Assembly (NCBI GenBank): GCA_964016885.1
Contig: OZ024740.1
Coordinates: forward strand, 373,116,001-373,180,000
Length of the DNA stretch: 64,000 nucleotides
Origin: Eledone cirrhosa
Taxonomy: Eukaryota
Direction of reading: 5' to 3'
The notes beneath the pieces are model-generated. The model searched no databases and had not been told where the DNA came from. It worked only from the letters and a program-made list of their open reading frames with translations. The position numbers and the translations under genes were made by a program. Shown one piece after another: positions 60,330 to 64,000 of the stretch. The stretch's first letter is position 1, and every line of letters begins with the position of its first letter.

Positions 60330-62100
60330 GTGTCACCCCTTCTGAGATGTAGGATCACTATTGTCTGAGAAGTCCAATATCCAGATAGTCATTTTTTTCT
60401 GGGGCTGGTTGTTGTGTGCTCCGGTTCTGTGCTTGATCCCTTTATCCCTCAACATCAGCTTTTCATCCATTCTCGAAAGAAGAAACAGTCTGTTAACTGG
60501 AGTGTTGCCCGAAGTGATTTCATCAGAGAGCCATTGCATATCTCGTTCGGTATATCTCTTGAACAGTAGCCAATGGAGTTTTAGAGATACAGCTCAAACT
60601 GTGACAAGTGAGGAGACACCACCTGGGAAAACGCGCTGCCTTTAAATGTAGTTGTGTCTTTAATAACATAGCATCGAATGTGGAGAAATTCATCTGTTTA
60701 AGTTCTTCGATTTTAGGAAGAAGGTTACACCGTCGCTGGTGCGAGCGGTCACGGGCTTGCAGTTGATATCAATAAACGACAGGGCACCATAAAAATTGAT
60801 CTGTAAAACTGCTCCTAAAGGTTGATTTTTGATCATTTTCACTGATGTTCCAACGTTCCAGACACGTTTGGACACCTTAGAGAATGTTTTGCTATGCCAG
60901 ACTTTCAACCTCTTTGCAATATTGGCGTTAACGTGATGGCGTACACCGGGTAACGGCATTGGTGTGGTGTCTACAGACCGTTAGACCGATGATACCAAGG
61001 TCAAAACGGAGAAAATATTAAATTTGCTGAGGGGAGAGCTAATTTTGAATGCCTGATTTTTCGAGCTGACCTCTATTTCCAGGACAACGATACCTCTCAT
61101 AATTATACATTACAGGGCTGACGCGGCATCAGAACCGGTCATGAGATGTTCTATAAAATTACATTTTAGTCGTCTTAGCATAAACAATTTGAAAAACTCA
61201 TCATGCAGAAGGAGATATGGGGATGCACCGCTGCATTACCACGTATCATATAGGGTAGTGTTTAGAGAGCTCGTAATTTTATATGACATGCTTCTACTGA
61301 TCTCATGAAGTTGGATGACCAAGTTAAGAAATGGAAGGTAGGTGTATCCTATGCGTTTCATGGGTATCCATAGATATTTCCTTCTCACAACGTCAAAGGC
61401 GTTTTTAAAGTATAGAAACAGTTGGTATAAACGTGTTTCCTTTCTATACACTTCTCTTGGAGATATTTGACAGCTAATATTATTTTTGTGATGATGTTGT
61501 TAGCTCTCATTCCAATTTGACTCATTTAACTCTAATTATGAGATTAGACTATTGGTAAACACATTTGTGTAATGTTATACTACAATTAGAAGAGGAATTA
61601 TTCTTCAATATTAGCAGTAGTCGAACATTTCCTCCCTTCTTTTTACTGTATTAATAAATACATTATAGGGAACCTGGTTTTGTTTGTATTTTAATGTTTG
61701 GTGTGCAATGCTGGCCATATAATATTCAATATTTCTGTGAGGATTTGATCAACTCTTTTTCTTATTGCACATGTAGTTTCTTCATGTCTTCTACAGTTGG
61801 AATCTCGCTTTGATCTTTTGTCACTGGATGTTGAGGAAAGCGATGTATTACTTAGTAATAAAGCGAGAGTCTTCAGATATTCTGGAATCCCAATTTGTAC
61901 AAATTGGAAATCATCAAAACGAAAAATATATTTCTACTTTTTCCCAGTCTTCAAATGAAGATTGTGTCTGTAACATATAAGAAGAATGCTCTTATGACAC
62001 TTCAGACGGTGCCAGACTGAAGATTACAACATATTTTGATTGTGGCTCTCGCCCACCATGGCGTAATATGTTGATTTCCAAATTTGTTAGAAGGATGTGT
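60330..62100 (-). mobile_element. Highly degraded RTE-clade LINE
   Basis: LYQLFLYFKNAFDVVRRKYLW...LHE (RT motif), FSKVSKRVWN, HIRC and C-terminal IGLL remnants in colinear order. Confidence 0.65.
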
Positions 62101-64000
62101 TTTCTCGAAGTAATATAGCCTTGAATGTATATTAAGTAAGTACTAAATGAGTCAATTATTCAGGCCTCAACTATCCAATAGATGTTATAGTGTAACAATT
62201 TGATTTATTAACATCATCATAACTTAATTGTCCATTTGTCACTGGGTTCGTTTTCGATTTATAAAATTTAAGGAAAATAAATCACCGAGAAAATTAAAAT
62301 ATATCAATCTGAATTTGACCTGACGACCTTTGAGGATTATGCTAAGCTGGAAAGATTTATAAAGCGGAAATGTTACCATATGCATTTTTGTAATGAGTTA
62401 TCATCATTCATTGGCTATATGTTGACCTGCGCTTTAAGGAATAATGCTGACCGAATTAATACACGTTTGATAATTTTCAATGATATAAGAGTAATAGTTT
62501 ATTTAATTAAATGTAATTAATAACATCCATTACAATTTAATATCAATAAACATTATTAATAAAGGAAATGTTATGATTAAACACTACAAATATCTAGCTC
62601 TATACAACTAAGAACAATTATTGTCAAAAAATAGTTCAACTTAGAAAATAATAACAAACGAAATAAATGACAAAAACCTTAACAGATTGTAGCTAGAGTT
62701 TGGAGAGCTTGAATGAATATGTCATGTTAACAATATACTGAAAACACATAAGTCTCCAGAAATTATATCTTACAAAAAGCACAAAGAATTGGGGATTTTT
62801 AACATTGATTTTAAATAGATCTTCTCTGGGTTGTATGGAATGTAGTGTTGTTTTCTACGTACTGCCACTCATAATGTTTAAACGAAGTGAACTATTCATA
62901 CAAACAACTTATTTAGAGTCATTTTCTCAGCACTCAGAATTCCTTCTTTCGCCGTCAGGATATATGCCAGGAACAAAATTCTGTCTGAACAATCCACTAT
63001 GCCTTTAATTCTATATAGAAGAAAATCAGTATATGTTATTCATATGAGTGCCACAAATGGACCGTCTTTATTTTATTTTATCGAATGAAAAATATCTTTC
63101 GAGATTTTCTAATGTACAATACATTTTGTATTAACTTTTCAAAAGGTTTTATTGATTTTTCACACGAACATCCGCATCATAAATATGTAGTCTGCTTTGT
63201 TTAGAACTTATTAATATCTGGTTATTTTATCTCGTGTGCGAAATTGTATTGTTTTTGTTTGTTTTTTTTTGTCTTCTACTTTCTTTAGTATTTTCTATAA
63301 TGGTTGATATTGGTTATTTTAAGTGAATGCTAAAGTTTTTATGCGGCCTGCATATTCGTTTTGTTTTACTTTTATACATTTCCAATATTTGATTCTATTC
63401 TCACTGCTGCTTCGATCAATGTAATTGGCCTCGATACTAATATATGCCAATTGAAAATATATACATATATACAGATGCGGGCACACACACCGAATACACA
63501 CACGCTTGGAAACATACACGTTCATCACTTAATATATATATATATGTGTCTGTGTGTATGTATATATGTGGGCATATATATAGATGTGTGAGTGTAAATG
63601 TGTAATATTTGTACATGCACTTGTGTAAAATATATTTCCGTATAATAAACATGCACGGATATTCGCAGTGAGTGTTTAAGCTACACATATATCAGAGCAA
63701 CATAAGTAAGGATGGCGAATACATTTCAATATATCAAAAATCTAGAACAAATATGTTTGTTGTACCTTAGTATCTGGCTGTATGGTAGTGAGCTGTCAAG
63801 AACAGTAGGGTCGGTGAAATACATCACCTGCACTTAATCGAATATATTCCACCTACATGACACGCTGATCGACCGAAAAGATCGCAGATTATGATATTAT
63901 CCGCCATATTATGATTACACGAAATAAAAAGTTCATATATAGAGAGAGATTTGAGCTAAGATTTTCTGATATATATTGTAATACCATTGTTATAACAGCA

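Noticed and set aside
60690-61170. GC-richer stretch as a bacterial or foreign insert
   Set aside because: Its minus-strand translation is colinear with the surrounding RTE relic.

Overview
AT-rich eukaryotic (invertebrate) DNA. The SINE and microsatellite make-up suggests a cephalopod such as Octopus, but that is inference. No host gene could be supported. The window is dominated by non-LTR retroelements nested in microsatellites: four Tx1/L1-clade copies plus a 3' fragment (one group in (TAA)n, one in (GATA)n), four R4/Dong-clade RLE elements in (TAA)n, a near-intact Neptune-like Penelope element, two Naiad-like Penelope elements, a CRE-clade element, a CR1-tailed chimera, RTE relics and several tRNA-derived SINEs. 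Most interesting signals: (1) the SINE and the Tx1 elements share a 3'-terminal hairpin with the same CUUGU loop and a compensatory base-pair swap; (2) Tx1/SINE and Dong occupy the same (TAA)n repeats in strictly opposite polarity; (3) a U_UUU_UUA heptamer sits exactly in the -1 overlap of the two Penelope ORFs; (4) minimal hammerhead ribozymes in Penelope-type termini; (5) two divergent Naiad copies break at the same RT codon. All alignments and folds were done by eye, so boundaries are approximate.
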